Below, in pieces: positions 21,994-33,648 of a stretch of DNA of 64,000 bases; position 1 is the first letter of the stretch; each line of letters opens with the position of its first letter. Made by a program: the position numbers and the translations under genes. The DNA comes from Hydrurus foetidus (lineage: Eukaryota): assembly GCA_900617105.1 (NCBI GenBank), contig UYFQ01000032.1, forward strand, positions 124,001-188,000, read 5' to 3'. A model generated the notes under the pieces. It saw only the letters and a program-made list of their open reading frames with translations, searched no databases and was not told the DNA's origin.

Positions 21994-22617
21994 CTAGTTA
22001 GCTTTGGTGGGTTTGACAGTACCAGATGTGAATGATGCGTCAGTTTTTTGCACCTCACTGACACGAACCAATCCTGCACGTATTGTGAAATTAGCAACGC
22101 GGCGTTGATCCCGAGGTGTTAAAGCCACAGTACCCGCAACAATTTCTATCAATTCAGGACGTTCGAGCCACGGGCTGTTATTCAATAAGTTCCGCAATAA
22201 CTCGGAGACACGTTCATTGGATTGAGCCACCCCTTGAATAGTTACTGTTTGGTTTTCTTGTTTCAAGCTATTAATATAAATGCCTACCGGCAATTGCTTC
22301 ACTAACTCGTTAAGTAAGTGAACAGGCAAATTACGGTCGGCCTGCAGATCTTCTACAGCCTGTTGACGTGCTTTCAATGCTGTAATTTCAGATTGAAGCG
22401 TTGCAATATCTTTGATCTGCACGTCTAATCGCTTGTTCTCGGTTTGCAGCACAAAGTTACGTTCTTGTTGACTGGTAATTTGCGATTGAAACCACAGATA
22501 GACAACGCCAGCAATCAATAAACCTACAAAGGCAGAAGCGCCAAGCGCACCGAAAAAACCCTCACGACGAAGCTTACGAGCAGCCTCTCGGTGCGGTAGC
22601 AGGTTAATTAAAATCAC
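21994..22617 (-). CDS. pilN: Type IV pilus protein PilN
   Basis: INLLPHRE N-terminal motif; GTG start overlaps the pilM stop. Confidence 0.93.
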   Translation of the reverse strand: MILINLLPHREAARKLRREGFFGALGASAFVGLLIAGVVYLWFQSQITSQQERNFVLQTENKRLDVQIKDIATLQSEITALKARQQAVEDLQADRNLPVHLLNELVKQLPVGIYINSLKQENQTVTIQGVAQSNERVSELLRNLLNNSPWLERPELIEIVAGTVALTPRDQRRVANFTIRAGLVRVSEVQKTDASFTSGTVKPTKAN

Positions 22618-23693
22618 TGCAGAAATCTCCGCATGGCTAAACCGCAAGAGGTAAGGTAGGAAGGTGCTTCACGTTTTATTTTATTTTCACGCACAGCCCC
22701 CCCCATTTCCATGCCATCAAACGGATTCACTAAATTACAGGCGAAACTGGTTTGCCGCATTACCGCTTCAGACAAACCGGGCAACGATGAAGATCCTCCC
22801 GCCAGCATCACATAATCAACTTTATTATGGGGGGTGCTGGTGAAAAAAAACTGCAATGCGCGTCCTATTTCTTGGGCCAAACTCTCCACAAACGGCTTCA
22901 GTACATTGGCTACATAGTCTTCTGGCAGCTCACCTGTGCGTTTTTTAGTTTCTGCTTCATCTGTCGTAAAACCATACTGACGCGCAATCAATTGCGTCAG
23001 CTGAGCGCCTCCAAATGCCTGATCACGATCGTATAAAACCTCACCATTGCGAATGGCTTGCATACTGGTAGTGAACGCACCGACCTCAAATAAAGCGACC
23101 AACGTATCGGCACCTTTGTTGGGCAGGTTTTCTATCAAGCGCTCTGTGGCCAAACGAGAGGCATAGGATTCCACGTCCAAAATGACAGGTTTCAGCCCAG
23201 CGGCTTCGGCCAAACCTTGGCGATCTTGCACTTTTTCTTTACGTGAAGCGGCAATCAACACATCAACATCACCAACCGAATTGGCACTAGGCCCTATCAC
23301 ACAAAAATCTAAGCTCACTTCCTCAAGTGAAAACGGAATGTACTGGTTAGCTTCTGACTCCACTTGCACTTCAAGTTCAGCATCGCTAAGGTCTCCAGGA
23401 AGCACAATTTTTTTAGTAATCACCGCCGATGCAGGCAGCGCCATAGCAACATTTTTGGTACGAGTGCCACTTTTTTTGACCAACCGCCTCACCGCCTCGG
23501 CCACTTCGTCAAACTTCTCGACGTTGCCATCGGTAATCCACCCAGCTTCAAGAGGCTCAATGGCGCACCGCTCCAACACAAGCATCCCAGCTTTGTTGCG
23601 GCTCAATTCGACCAACTTAACGCTGGACGAACTGATGTCCAACCCCAAAAGTGCGGCTGGCCCACGGTTTAAAAACGATCCGAAATCAAGCAA
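22614..23693 (-). CDS. pilM: Type IV pilus protein PilM
   Basis: GLDISSSSVKLVEL, EANQYIPF, IGRALQFF, CGLAMR; TTG start after GAGGGG. Confidence 0.95.
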   Translation of the reverse strand: MLDFGSFLNRGPAALLGLDISSSSVKLVELSRNKAGMLVLERCAIEPLEAGWITDGNVEKFDEVAEAVRRLVKKSGTRTKNVAMALPASAVITKKIVLPGDLSDAELEVQVESEANQYIPFSLEEVSLDFCVIGPSANSVGDVDVLIAASRKEKVQDRQGLAEAAGLKPVILDVESYASRLATERLIENLPNKGADTLVALFEVGAFTTSMQAIRNGEVLYDRDQAFGGAQLTQLIARQYGFTTDEAETKKRTGELPEDYVANVLKPFVESLAQEIGRALQFFFTSTPHNKVDYVMLAGGSSSLPGLSEAVMRQTSFACNLVNPFDGMEMGGAVRENKIKREAPSYLTSCGLAMRRFLQ

Positions 23694-23959
23694 GCATGTC
23701 CCCTCAATGCACCGTGCTTTGCGAGGAAATCTCGCGATCAGCACCAACTAAAACCTAATGAATACTATCAGCAAGCCCGTTACACGGTAAAGGAATATGT
23801 TCTCTCCAAATGATGACTACGGGATCAAAACCACATACAAACCGCACCTGGAAAGACACCTTCAGCAACTGGGTCAGCTTTTCGCACAAATGCACAGACA
23901 ATGCACATTAAAAAAAACGCTGAGATCGCCTTCCTTCCGTCAATTTAAACCTCCGACCT

Positions 23960-26365
23960 ATGCCCTCATCGCCTTCGCCTTCTGACAAAAAGTACAGCCT
24001 TGGAAGCACGCCCACAACGTGGAAGCGGCATATCACACGCTGGGTATTTGGCCTCATTGCACTGACCGTAGCGGGGGTCGCAGCGGTTTTATTTACCATT
24101 GCTATTGCATTGGCGATAGCGTACCCGAATTTACCCGACATCTCAGACCTGTCCGACTACAGCCCCAAGCTTCCGTTGCGTGTATTCAGCGCAGAAGGTG
24201 CATTAATTGCAGAGTTTGGCGAAGAGCGGCGCAACCTAACACCCATAGGGCAAATTCCGCAGGTGATGAAAGATGCGGTTCTCGCTATTGAGGACACACG
24301 TTTTTACCAGCACGGCGGCGTGGACTACCTAGGGGTCATTCGTGCAGGTTTGGCCAACCTAGGGCGGCTCAAGAGCCAAGGCGCTTCGACCATCACCATG
24401 CAAGTGGCCCGCAATGTGTACCTCACCTCCGAAAAAACCTACACCCGCAAAATTTATGAAATTTTGCTGACCTTCAAACTGGAGCATCTGCTTAGCAAAG
24501 ACCGCATTCTGGAAATCTACATGAACCAGATTTTCTTGGGCAACCGTGCGTATGGTTTTGCGGCAGCCTCCGAAATTTACTTTAGCAAGCCACTGAAAGA
24601 CATCACCATTGCCGAAGCCGCCATGCTCGCTGGCCTGCCCAAGGCACCCTCAGCGTACAACCCGATCAGCAACCCAGCACGGGCTAAAAGTCGACAACAG
24701 TACATCATTGACCGTATGGAAGAAAACGGTTTTATCACCCGCGAGCAGGCCGTTACAGCGCGACACGAAGAGTTAAAGATCCGCTCGGGACTCGACAGTA
24801 GCCGCGTGCATGGTGAATATGTGGCAGAAACTGTGCGCCAAATGATTTTTGCCCAGTACGGCCATGAGAGCTATACGCGCGGTCTGAACGTCTACACCAC
24901 ACTGAAAGGTTCAGACCAGAACGCGGCCTACCGCGCCCTGCGCAAAGGCATCATGGATTTCGAACGCCGCCAGATTTACCGAGGCCCAGAAAAATTCATT
25001 GACCTGCCTGCCAACCCCAAACAGGCCGAAGACGCTATTGACGATGCCCTGAGTGAGCACCCCGATAACGGTGACGTGATGGCGGCTGTGGTCACGCAAG
25101 CTTCGCTCAAACTCGTTCAAGCAGTCCGTCAAAATGGCGAGCTCATTGAAGTCACTGGCGAAGGTCTCAAACCCGTGCAAAGCGGACTCTCTGACAAAGC
25201 TACCCCCACCACCCGTATTCGCCGAGGGGCCATCATCCGCGTGGTACGTACCCCTAAAAACACCTGGGAAATCACCCAACTGCCGGAAGTAGAAGGTGCG
25301 TTTGTGGCGATAGACCCACGGGATGGCGCGATCAAAGCTTTGGTAGGTGGTTTTGATTTTGAAAAAAATAAATTCAACCACGTCACACAAGCATGGCGGC
25401 AACCTGGCTCCAGCTTCAAACCTTTTATTTATTCGGCAGCACTGGAAAAAGGCTTCACCCCAGCAACCGTGGTCAACGATGCCCCCTTGTTTTTTGACGG
25501 TGGCGTAACCGGCGGGCAACCGTGGGAACCTAAAAATTACGATGGCAAGTTTGATGGCCCCATGAACCTGCGCACGGCCTTGAAAAAATCTAAAAACATG
25601 GTTTCCATCCGTATCTTGCAGGCTATTGGTGCGAAATACGGTCAACAATGGGTCGCGCATTTTGGTTTTGAAGCTGAAAAACACCCGGCTTACCTCACTA
25701 TGGCCTTGGGTGCAGGCTCAGTCACGCCGATGCAAATGGTCAGCGGCTACGCGGTGTTCGCCAACGGAGGCTACCGAGTCAATCCTTACCTCATCACGAA
25801 AATCACCGATCAAAAAGGCAAAACCTTGGTGGAAACCAAACCCACGGTGCTGGACGAATCTGCACGCGCCATATCCCCACGGAATGCTTTCATCATGAAC
25901 AGCCTGCTGCAAGAAGTAGCCCGCAGTGGGACGGCCGCGAAAGCGCAGCAACAGCTGGGTCGCCCTGACTTGTTCGGTAAAACCGGCACCACCAACGATG
26001 CGATTGACACCTGGTTTGCAGGCTTTCAACCCACGCTGGCAGGCGTCGTATGGATGGGTTATGACACCCCCCGCAAACTGGGTGACAACGAAACAGGCGG
26101 CGGTTTGAGCCTGCCTATTTGGATCACCTACATGCAAACAGCACTTAAGGGCGTACCCGTCACCGAATACGTCGCACCCGAAGGCGTTGTGAACGTGGGA
26201 GGTGAGTGGTTTTACACGGAATACGTTAAATCCGGTGGTGTCAGCAGCCTGGGGTTAGACAACAAAGGCAACACCCCTGCCGACGGCGAAGCCCCTGCCG
26301 GTAACGAGAACGCGCTTCCACCGGCTGATGAAAAAAAACGTATTTTGGATTTATTCAAGAACTGA
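23960..26365 (+). CDS. mrcA: Penicillin-binding protein 1A
   Basis: EDTRFYQHGG, GASTITMQ, RQPGSSFKP, SKN, KTGT; divergent from pilM as usual. Confidence 0.96.
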   Translation: MPSSPSPSDKKYSLGSTPTTWKRHITRWVFGLIALTVAGVAAVLFTIAIALAIAYPNLPDISDLSDYSPKLPLRVFSAEGALIAEFGEERRNLTPIGQIPQVMKDAVLAIEDTRFYQHGGVDYLGVIRAGLANLGRLKSQGASTITMQVARNVYLTSEKTYTRKIYEILLTFKLEHLLSKDRILEIYMNQIFLGNRAYGFAAASEIYFSKPLKDITIAEAAMLAGLPKAPSAYNPISNPARAKSRQQYIIDRMEENGFITREQAVTARHEELKIRSGLDSSRVHGEYVAETVRQMIFAQYGHESYTRGLNVYTTLKGSDQNAAYRALRKGIMDFERRQIYRGPEKFIDLPANPKQAEDAIDDALSEHPDNGDVMAAVVTQASLKLVQAVRQNGELIEVTGEGLKPVQSGLSDKATPTTRIRRGAIIRVVRTPKNTWEITQLPEVEGAFVAIDPRDGAIKALVGGFDFEKNKFNHVTQAWRQPGSSFKPFIYSAALEKGFTPATVVNDAPLFFDGGVTGGQPWEPKNYDGKFDGPMNLRTALKKSKNMVSIRILQAIGAKYGQQWVAHFGFEAEKHPAYLTMALGAGSVTPMQMVSGYAVFANGGYRVNPYLITKITDQKGKTLVETKPTVLDESARAISPRNAFIMNSLLQEVARSGTAAKAQQQLGRPDLFGKTGTTNDAIDTWFAGFQPTLAGVVWMGYDTPRKLGDNETGGGLSLPIWITYMQTALKGVPVTEYVAPEGVVNVGGEWFYTEYVKSGGVSSLGLDNKGNTPADGEAPAGNENALPPADEKKRILDLFKN

Positions 26366-26383
26366 GACAAACCCACAGCAAAC

Positions 26384-26716
26384 TTAGGCACGGAACAGCA
26401 AAGGAAGACCCCCTTGTGCAGAAGCATCTGCTGACAGGCGTGCAAAAAACATGCTGTCAGCCGCCTTGGTGTCCACCCATTGCGTACCGTCAAACCGGTA
26501 GTGGTAGCCACCAGAACGTGCCGCCAACCACACTTCATGCAGCGGTTTTTGCAGGTTGATGATGATTTGGCTGCGGTTGCTGAACGTCAACGTGATCAAA
26601 TTACCGACCCGCTGGTTGTCAACGTCAGCGTCAGTGGTGTCGTTGATACGGTCACAGGTGGTCTCAACCACCTGCAACAGGGCTTCTGCACGGTCTTGGA
26701 ATTCGAGATCAGTCAT
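26384..26716 (-). CDS. cyaY: Iron donor protein CyaY (frataxin)
   Basis: [23 protein letters not shown]. Confidence 0.93.
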   Translation of the reverse strand: MTDLEFQDRAEALLQVVETTCDRINDTTDADVDNQRVGNLITLTFSNRSQIIINLQKPLHEVWLAARSGGYHYRFDGTQWVDTKAADSMFFARLSADASAQGGLPLLFRA

Positions 26717-26744
26717 TTACACTTTCAATTTCACTCGGTTGTCG

Positions 26745-27020
26745 ATGCGTCAAATTCTAGTCCTCACTCTTTCTCGCTGTGTGCGGCCCACCTTGCTGGT
26801 CTGCGGTCTTGCAATCCTGGGCGCTTGTGGCCAAAAAGGCAACCTCTACCTGCCCACTGAACCTGCTGCGGCCGGCCGCGCCACGCTGCCGCAAGCCATG
26901 GGCACCACGCTGCGCTCGGTACTGCCTGCACGCACGGCCTCACAGCCAACCACTCTTGTCCCAGCCCCAGCCTCAGCTCCTGCTGTTGCTCCCCCTATTG
27001 ATCCTGCTACTGCCCCATGA
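26745..27020 (+). CDS. lptM: LptM/YifL-family small lipoprotein
   Basis: LGACGQKGNLYLP motif; sits between cyaY and lysA. Confidence 0.82.
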   Translation: MRQILVLTLSRCVRPTLLVCGLAILGACGQKGNLYLPTEPAAAGRATLPQAMGTTLRSVLPARTASQPTTLVPAPASAPAVAPPIDPATAP

Positions 27021-28300
27021 ACACCGCTTCCTCTACCCTCCCCGGCCAGCCTTATATCGCCTACAACGAAGGTGAACTGTGTGTTGAAGATCTCCGTTTA
27101 GTCGACTTGGCACGCACACATGGCACGCCCCTGTTTGTGTACTCCAAAAATGCCATGTTGAGCGCACTGTGCGCTTACCAACGCGGCTTTGCGGGGCGCA
27201 AAGTGCAAATTTGCTATGCCATGAAGGCCAACTCATCACTGGGCGTGTTGCAGGTGTTTGCCGCTGCCGGTTGTGGGTTTGACATCGTGTCTGGCGGCGA
27301 GCTGGAGCGCGTGCTGCTGGCCGGTGCGCAGGCCAACAAGGTGATTTTTTCAGGCGTAGGCAAAACCCGCGCAGAAATGCGAATGGCATTGGATGCCGGT
27401 ATTGGCTGCTTCAACGTCGAAAGCGAGGCTGAGCTGGAAGTGCTAAGCCAAGTGGCCATGAGCATGGGTAAAACAGCCACCATCAGCATCCGCGTCAATC
27501 CGAACGTAGACCCCAAAACGCACCCCTACATCTCCACTGGCCTCAAAGGCAGCAAGTTTGGCGTCGCCCACGACCGCGTGGTCGCCACCTACCAACGTGC
27601 AGCGTCTTTGCCAGGACTGAAAGTCGCAGGTATTGACTGCCACATTGGCTCACAAATTACAGAAGTTGAGCCTTATTTGGATGCTGTAGACCGCATGTTG
27701 GATTTGGTGGAAAGCATTGAGGCAGCAGGCATACCCATCACCCACATCGACTTTGGCGGCGGTTTAGGCATCGACTACAACGGGGACACTCCACCCGCTG
27801 CCGATGCGCTCTGGGTCAAGCTATTGGCCAAATTGGATGCACGCGGCTTTGGCGCGCGCCAGTTCATGATCGAACCAGGACGCTCCCTGGTGGGCAACGC
27901 AGGCGTGTGCGTCAGCGAAGTGCTGTACCTCAAGCCCGGCGAGCAAAAGAATTTTTGCATCATTGATGCAGCCATGAACGACCTGCCTCGCCCTGCGATG
28001 TACCAAGCCTTTCACGCTATCGCCCCTCTGAACGCGGCGGTGACAGCACCAGCGCTCACCTATGACGTGGTGGGCCCCGTCTGCGAAAGTGGCGACTGGA
28101 TTGGCCGTGACCGCACCCTGAGCGTGGTGTCTGGCGACTTGGTGGCGGTGCTGTCTGCGGGGGCTTACTGCATGAGCATGGCCAGCAACTACAACAGCCG
28201 GGGACGGGCTGCTGAGATTTTGGTGGACGGCAGCACAGCACACCTGATCCGTAAGCGGGAAACGCTCAGCGATCAAGTGCTGAATGAACGCTTAATTTGA
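27017..28300 (+). CDS. lysA: Diaminopimelate decarboxylase
   Basis: YAMKAN, HIGSQ, FGGG, EPGR, GPVCESGD, YNSR. Confidence 0.96.
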   Translation: MNTASSTLPGQPYIAYNEGELCVEDLRLVDLARTHGTPLFVYSKNAMLSALCAYQRGFAGRKVQICYAMKANSSLGVLQVFAAAGCGFDIVSGGELERVLLAGAQANKVIFSGVGKTRAEMRMALDAGIGCFNVESEAELEVLSQVAMSMGKTATISIRVNPNVDPKTHPYISTGLKGSKFGVAHDRVVATYQRAASLPGLKVAGIDCHIGSQITEVEPYLDAVDRMLDLVESIEAAGIPITHIDFGGGLGIDYNGDTPPAADALWVKLLAKLDARGFGARQFMIEPGRSLVGNAGVCVSEVLYLKPGEQKNFCIIDAAMNDLPRPAMYQAFHAIAPLNAAVTAPALTYDVVGPVCESGDWIGRDRTLSVVSGDLVAVLSAGAYCMSMASNYNSRGRAAEILVDGSTAHLIRKRETLSDQVLNERLI

Positions 28301-28942
28301 TAGCTGGCTACGCATACTGCTTATGCGTATAGCCTTCTTTTTACTGTAAAAATACCACACCCGCCATCCCAATAAGACACCCAGGATGAGGGCATACACG
28401 GCAACCTCGGCAAAGTTATTTTTGCCCGAGCGCATCCAAAAGAAATGCAAGATACCCAAGCCCGCAATGGCATAAATCACCTTGTGCAACCGTTGCCACC
28501 GCTTGGCTCCCATCGCTTTGATCGCACGGTTGAATGAGGTCGCCGCCATAGGCGTGAGCAGCAAAAAGGCAGTAAAGCCCACCAAAATAAAAGGCCGCTT
28601 GGCAATGTCTTTGGCGATGTCAGCCACGTCAAAACTCATGTCAAACCAGCTGTACGACAGCAGGTGCAAAACGACATAAAAGTACATGAAGAGGCCCAGC
28701 ATGCGCCGCAGGCGGGCCAACGCTGACCAGCCGGTGGTCACGCGCAAGGGTGTCACCGCGAGCACAATGCACAAAAACCGCAACGTCCAGTCCCCCGTTG
28801 CCCGCACCAAGTATTCAGCGGGATTGGCCCCCAGCCCATCGGTGAACGCGCCATACACAAGCCATGCGAAAGGCAGCAGCGCCAGCACCCACAGCAGCGG
28901 CTTGACCGCAGGACGCAGCAGTAATTTATTCACAGTCAACAC
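28292..28942 (-). CDS. msrQ: Methionine sulfoxide reductase heme subunit MsrQ
   Basis: LAVTPLR, RRMLGL, WQRLH..IY, LHFFW. Confidence 0.92.
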   Translation of the reverse strand: MLTVNKLLLRPAVKPLLWVLALLPFAWLVYGAFTDGLGANPAEYLVRATGDWTLRFLCIVLAVTPLRVTTGWSALARLRRMLGLFMYFYVVLHLLSYSWFDMSFDVADIAKDIAKRPFILVGFTAFLLLTPMAATSFNRAIKAMGAKRWQRLHKVIYAIAGLGILHFFWMRSGKNNFAEVAVYALILGVLLGWRVWYFYSKKKAIRISSMRSQLSN

Positions 28943-28948
28943 CCTTGG

Positions 28949-29944
28949 TCAGAAGTTTTTCTTCAGATCCATACCGGCATACAACTGACCGACTTGGGCC
29001 TCGTAGCCGTTGAAAGGCAGTGTTTTGCGCTTCTTGGCGAACAGACCGTCTTCGCCAATGCGGCGCTCGGTCGCCTGACTCCAGCGCGGGTGATCGACAT
29101 CAGGGTTCACATTGGAGAAAAAGCCGTACTCATTGGCCGCAGCCTTGTTCCACGCGGTGGCAGGTTGTTTGTCGGTAAAGCGGATTTTGACGATGCTCTT
29201 GCCGCTTTTGAAACCGTATTTCCACGGCACCACCAAGCGCACGGGCGCACCGCTTTGGTTGGGCAGCACTTCACCGTACATGCCAAAGCTGAGCAAGGTG
29301 AGCGGGTGCATGGCTTCATCCAGGCGCAACGCCTCCACATAGGGCCATTCCAGCACACGGGAACCGACAAACGGCATGGTTTTAGGGTCAGCCTGGGTGA
29401 TGAACTCAACATATTTGGCGCTGCCCAACGGCTCCACCTTTTTAATCAGCTCGCTCAGTGAATAGCCAATCCAGGGAACCACCATGGACCATCCCTCAAC
29501 ACAGCGCAGGCGGTAAATGCGCTCTTCTTGCGCGCTCAGCTTGAGCAGGTCTTCCAACGTGTATTTGGCGGGTTTTTTGACCATACCCTCCACCTCCACC
29601 GTCCACGGCGTGGTTTTCAAGGTGTGGGCGTTTTTGGCAGGGTCGGCTTTGTCGGTGCCGAACTCGTAAAAATTGTTGTACGTGCTGGCATCTTTGTACT
29701 CGGTCACTTTATCCATCGTGACTGCACCGGCCACGGAGGATTTGACACTGGCGAGCGCTGCCAGCTTGTTCGGGCGAACCGTTTGCGCATGGGCCTCGCG
29801 GGTGGCCCAGGAGGCCAGCGCCGCCCCAGCCACACCCGTGGCCATCAGTTTCATCAGTTCCCGGCGGCCTTCATACTGGCGTTGCGAGGTGATTTCGCTG
29901 GAGAGGGGGTGAACAAAGGCATCATCGCGGCTTTTAATCAGCAT
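28949..29944 (-). CDS. msrP: Methionine sulfoxide reductase catalytic subunit MsrP
   Basis: Tat RR motif, [33 protein letters not shown]. Confidence 0.96.
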   Translation of the reverse strand: MLIKSRDDAFVHPLSSEITSQRQYEGRRELMKLMATGVAGAALASWATREAHAQTVRPNKLAALASVKSSVAGAVTMDKVTEYKDASTYNNFYEFGTDKADPAKNAHTLKTTPWTVEVEGMVKKPAKYTLEDLLKLSAQEERIYRLRCVEGWSMVVPWIGYSLSELIKKVEPLGSAKYVEFITQADPKTMPFVGSRVLEWPYVEALRLDEAMHPLTLLSFGMYGEVLPNQSGAPVRLVVPWKYGFKSGKSIVKIRFTDKQPATAWNKAAANEYGFFSNVNPDVDHPRWSQATERRIGEDGLFAKKRKTLPFNGYEAQVGQLYAGMDLKKNF

Positions 29945-30036
29945 GGGAACTCCTGGTGCAGGGGGTAAGAGAGAACTGTCGGGCTACGACCTATGACACT
30001 TGGTCGTGCCCGCAGTTCATTCCTTACATCATGCGC

Positions 30037-31392
30037 CTACAAAGTACCGTAGCTGTGCAGGCCGCTCAAGAACATGTTGACACCGATGAAGGCGAACGTC
30101 GTGACGGCCAAGCCCGCCAAAGCCCACCATGCAGCCACCGTGCCGCGCAGACCCTTCATCAACCGCATGTGCAGCCAAGCCGCGTAGTTCAGCCACACGA
30201 TCAAAGCCCAGGTTTCTTTCGGATCCCAACTCCAATAGCCACCCCAAGCCTCAGCAGCCCAGAGTGCGCCTAAGACAGTTGCTATCGTAAAGAAAGCAAA
30301 ACCCACAGCGATGGATTTGTACATCACATCGTCCAAAATCTCCAGCGGGGGTAATTTGGCAGCAATGCGCTTGCGGCCAGCCAAAATACCACCTGCAATC
30401 ACAGCAGAAATCATGGCGTACACCAGCCAATAGTTACTTCCCGCCTCACCCAGAGTTTTGCGAAACGCAATCGGCACAAAGCACAGCGCAATGCCCAGCA
30501 GCCACAACGGCGTGAGCTTGTGCCAGCGCGTCTCAGTGGCCTGCTGCTTGATGAGGTAAGCGAACGACACCATCGCGGCCAACGCGAACGTGCCATAGCC
30601 AATGAAGTTGGCGGGCACATGCAGCTTCATCCACCAGCTTTTCAGCGCGGGCACCAAGGGTTGGATTTCATGGGCTTCGCGCACCACGGTGTACCAGAGC
30701 AAAAAACCGACAGCAGCACTGACGATCAGCATCACGAATGCACCCATCGCTCGGGTGTTGTACTGGTCTTCAAAGTAGAGATAGAACGTGGCGGTCAGCC
30801 AGCAAAACAGAACAAACACCTCGTACAGGTTGCTGACGGGGATGTGGCCAATGTCCGCCCCAATCAAATAGCTCTCGTACCAGCGCACCATCGTACCAAT
30901 GAGCGCCATAACGACAGCCACCCAAGCAATACGTGAACCGATCAGCTCCATGGCCGTGTTCTCAACCTTGGCGAACATGCCGAGCCAGTAAAAAACCGTG
31001 CTCATGAAAAACAACACGCTCATCCACAAAATGGCCGATTGGCTGGATAAAAAGTACTTGAGCGCAAACACTTTTTCAGCCTGCGCCAAATTGCCTTGGT
31101 AACTGTAAATACCCAACAGTGACAACACAGCGACCGCCAGCATCAACGTGCGCAAAGGCCGCCAAAACCACCCCAGCCAGATGGCGGCAGGCATGGCACC
31201 GAACAAAATACCTTTTTCGTACACATCCATCGCGTTCGCGTAAAGCGAAAACGCCGTCACACCGCCCACCAGCACGGCCAGTGCGAACAGCCAATCCCAC
31301 AGGTTGCGGCGGGCCATGAAGCCCTCGTTCAAGATAAAAGAGTCCGCACGCGCGGAGGTCAGCGGCATATCGGTTCGGGTTGCAGTGTTCAT
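30037..31392 (-). CDS. ccsB: System II cytochrome c biogenesis protein CcsB/ResC
   Basis: WWD domain WAAEAWGGYWSWDPKETW, GLHSYG. Confidence 0.92.
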   Translation of the reverse strand: MNTATRTDMPLTSARADSFILNEGFMARRNLWDWLFALAVLVGGVTAFSLYANAMDVYEKGILFGAMPAAIWLGWFWRPLRTLMLAVAVLSLLGIYSYQGNLAQAEKVFALKYFLSSQSAILWMSVLFFMSTVFYWLGMFAKVENTAMELIGSRIAWVAVVMALIGTMVRWYESYLIGADIGHIPVSNLYEVFVLFCWLTATFYLYFEDQYNTRAMGAFVMLIVSAAVGFLLWYTVVREAHEIQPLVPALKSWWMKLHVPANFIGYGTFALAAMVSFAYLIKQQATETRWHKLTPLWLLGIALCFVPIAFRKTLGEAGSNYWLVYAMISAVIAGGILAGRKRIAAKLPPLEILDDVMYKSIAVGFAFFTIATVLGALWAAEAWGGYWSWDPKETWALIVWLNYAAWLHMRLMKGLRGTVAAWWALAGLAVTTFAFIGVNMFLSGLHSYGTL

Positions 31393-33614
31393 ACGGGGCT
31401 CCTGGGCGAGGGTTCGCCAGTCAATGGGCTTAATAATTTGCTTTTGAGCCGCTCAAATTCGCGGTCACTGTCCATCGTTTTGCGGTTGGTGGACAAAGCC
31501 ATCACCGCACGCGAACCGATGATCGCGCTTGAATCTTGCTCACCGTTGGCGGGTGCGGGCGCATCGGTCAACCAGATCCAAATACGGCGCTCACGCACGT
31601 AGAGCATGGCAAAAACACCCAAAATCAGGAATGCACAGCCCAAATAGACCAGGTATTTGCCTGGTGCTCGGGCCACCTGGAAGACGCTGGCCTGCACTTG
31701 GGTGAAGTCTTTCAGGGTGAATACCATGGGCGCAGGATAAAAAGCAGCATCGCTCAAGGCCAAAATCGTTTGAGCAGTGTAGGCCAGTGTTTTGTCGTCA
31801 GAAGGCAAAGGCTTCAGGCCAGCGTGCTCGCGGTCAAGCTGAATCAATTCGTACAAAATACCGTTCAGAATGCGCACCAGCACTTCACCGGCACGCTGGC
31901 GCTCGGCTTTGGGCACACGACTTTCCAGGAAATCAGACACAGCTTGTAAACCGCTGGTTGGGCGGGACGTAACAGGTTTGCTACCGTCCTCTTTGCTGCC
32001 CACCTCGCTGCCCAAGGCACCCGCAAACAAGCTTGTCGCACGCGAACCCGAGGCTTGTAACTGCGCCGCCATCTCCGGCTTTTTAGCGTCGGCAGCAAGT
32101 GCCACGTACCGGCGTACCGCTTCTTCGCGTAACTTGGCATCAATCAAAGCCGCACGCAAACGCACAAAACCCTCCAAGCCACCCTGGTCATCAGCGGGAA
32201 TTCGCAGGTAGCGCAGCGGCTCTTCAGGGGTGTTGCGTGCGCCCAGCAAGAAGACCGGCACACCATCACCCGTATCGACAGGCAGCATGTAGTTATTGAA
32301 CTCACGCGCTTGGCCTGCAGCATCACGCAGCTTGTAGCTGATGCTGGGGCCGACGTTGCGCAGCTCTTTGTTGGTGATTGTTTTATTGGCAGCCCCCAAG
32401 CGGGACTCCACGGATTCACGTAAATCTACTTTGCGCACATCCACAGCCGAACCAGTGCCGCCTGCAAAGTTTTCCACGTTGATGACGCGCAGCCCGGTGT
32501 ATTCCAGCGTGAGTTTTTCAGTGCTGCTGGCATCTTGGCGGGCCAATTCAGAGCTGCTGCCAATCACGCCTTCCACGTCAAAGGGTTTACCGCCCACCGT
32601 CATCGGCACGCCTTGCAGCTTGACGGTGGAGCCGCCATCGTCAAAGCTGGACTGGTAAATCTCCACGCCTTTGTAGCTGGCGGGGTGGTTCACCTCCACC
32701 CGTTGGGGTATCTGCGCACCGGTTTGCAAATCGTGAATCACGATGTCGCTGGCAAACAACTTAGGCATGCCGGTGGAGTAGTACTCCACCACGAACTTCT
32801 TTAACTCCACCGCGAAGGGCAGCTCTTGCAGCATGATGCCGTCGCCCTGACTCAGGATGGCAACGCTGGCACGCGAACCTTCGGCCACCATCAGATTGCC
32901 GCGAAACGTGGGGTTGCTGGCACCCAAGCGGTGAGCTGGCTGCACGTCAGAAATCATGCCTCCACCGGCATACGAAGTTTTGCCATTGAACAGCATTTGC
33001 GCGCGCACCATCAAATCACCGTCCAGCAGGCCGCCGATGCAAATCAACACGATGGCACTGTGCGCGGCGATGTAGCCGATTTTGTTGACCGCACCCGCTT
33101 TGGCCGCCACCATCCAGCCCACACCGCTGGCCTGTTCGCGGCGCTGCAACTTGACGCGCCAACCGGCCCCCACCAAGGCCCGACCCAGGCGTTGGGCCGC
33201 AGCTTCAGGCACACCGGCCACCACGCCCTCGGCACGCATCCCAAAAGCCTTGAGGCTTTGCTCGCGCATGTTTTCTTTGTAGGTCTTCAGGTCGGCAATG
33301 ATTTTGGGCGTGTTGCGTGCCACGCACAGCGAGGTACTGGCCACCAAAAACGCCAGAATCAGCAGAAACCACCACGCGCTGTACACCGAATAGAGCCGGG
33401 CCGCACCAAAGAACTCAGCCCAAAACGGGCCAAACTGGTTCACATAGTTGTTGAACGGCTCGTTTTGTTTGACGATGGTGCCTATGACTGACGCAATGCA
33501 AATCAGCGTCAGCAGCGAGATCGAAAACCGCATGGACGACAGCAACTCCACCGTCGCCCGCACAGCGGTAGAACGAGACTGGATACGAAAACCTTCGGTC
33601 GAAACAGCGGACAT
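31389..33614 (-). CDS. resB: Cytochrome c biogenesis protein ResB/Ccs1
   Basis: LSSMRFSISLL..ASVIGT, VEVNHP, YQSSF, ERRIW. Confidence 0.92.
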   Translation of the reverse strand: MSAVSTEGFRIQSRSTAVRATVELLSSMRFSISLLTLICIASVIGTIVKQNEPFNNYVNQFGPFWAEFFGAARLYSVYSAWWFLLILAFLVASTSLCVARNTPKIIADLKTYKENMREQSLKAFGMRAEGVVAGVPEAAAQRLGRALVGAGWRVKLQRREQASGVGWMVAAKAGAVNKIGYIAAHSAIVLICIGGLLDGDLMVRAQMLFNGKTSYAGGGMISDVQPAHRLGASNPTFRGNLMVAEGSRASVAILSQGDGIMLQELPFAVELKKFVVEYYSTGMPKLFASDIVIHDLQTGAQIPQRVEVNHPASYKGVEIYQSSFDDGGSTVKLQGVPMTVGGKPFDVEGVIGSSSELARQDASSTEKLTLEYTGLRVINVENFAGGTGSAVDVRKVDLRESVESRLGAANKTITNKELRNVGPSISYKLRDAAGQAREFNNYMLPVDTGDGVPVFLLGARNTPEEPLRYLRIPADDQGGLEGFVRLRAALIDAKLREEAVRRYVALAADAKKPEMAAQLQASGSRATSLFAGALGSEVGSKEDGSKPVTSRPTSGLQAVSDFLESRVPKAERQRAGEVLVRILNGILYELIQLDREHAGLKPLPSDDKTLAYTAQTILALSDAAFYPAPMVFTLKDFTQVQASVFQVARAPGKYLVYLGCAFLILGVFAMLYVRERRIWIWLTDAPAPANGEQDSSAIIGSRAVMALSTNRKTMDSDREFERLKSKLLSPLTGEPSPRSPV

Positions 33615-33648
33615 GCGGTGAACTGGACACTAAAAAAGAAGCAGGAAT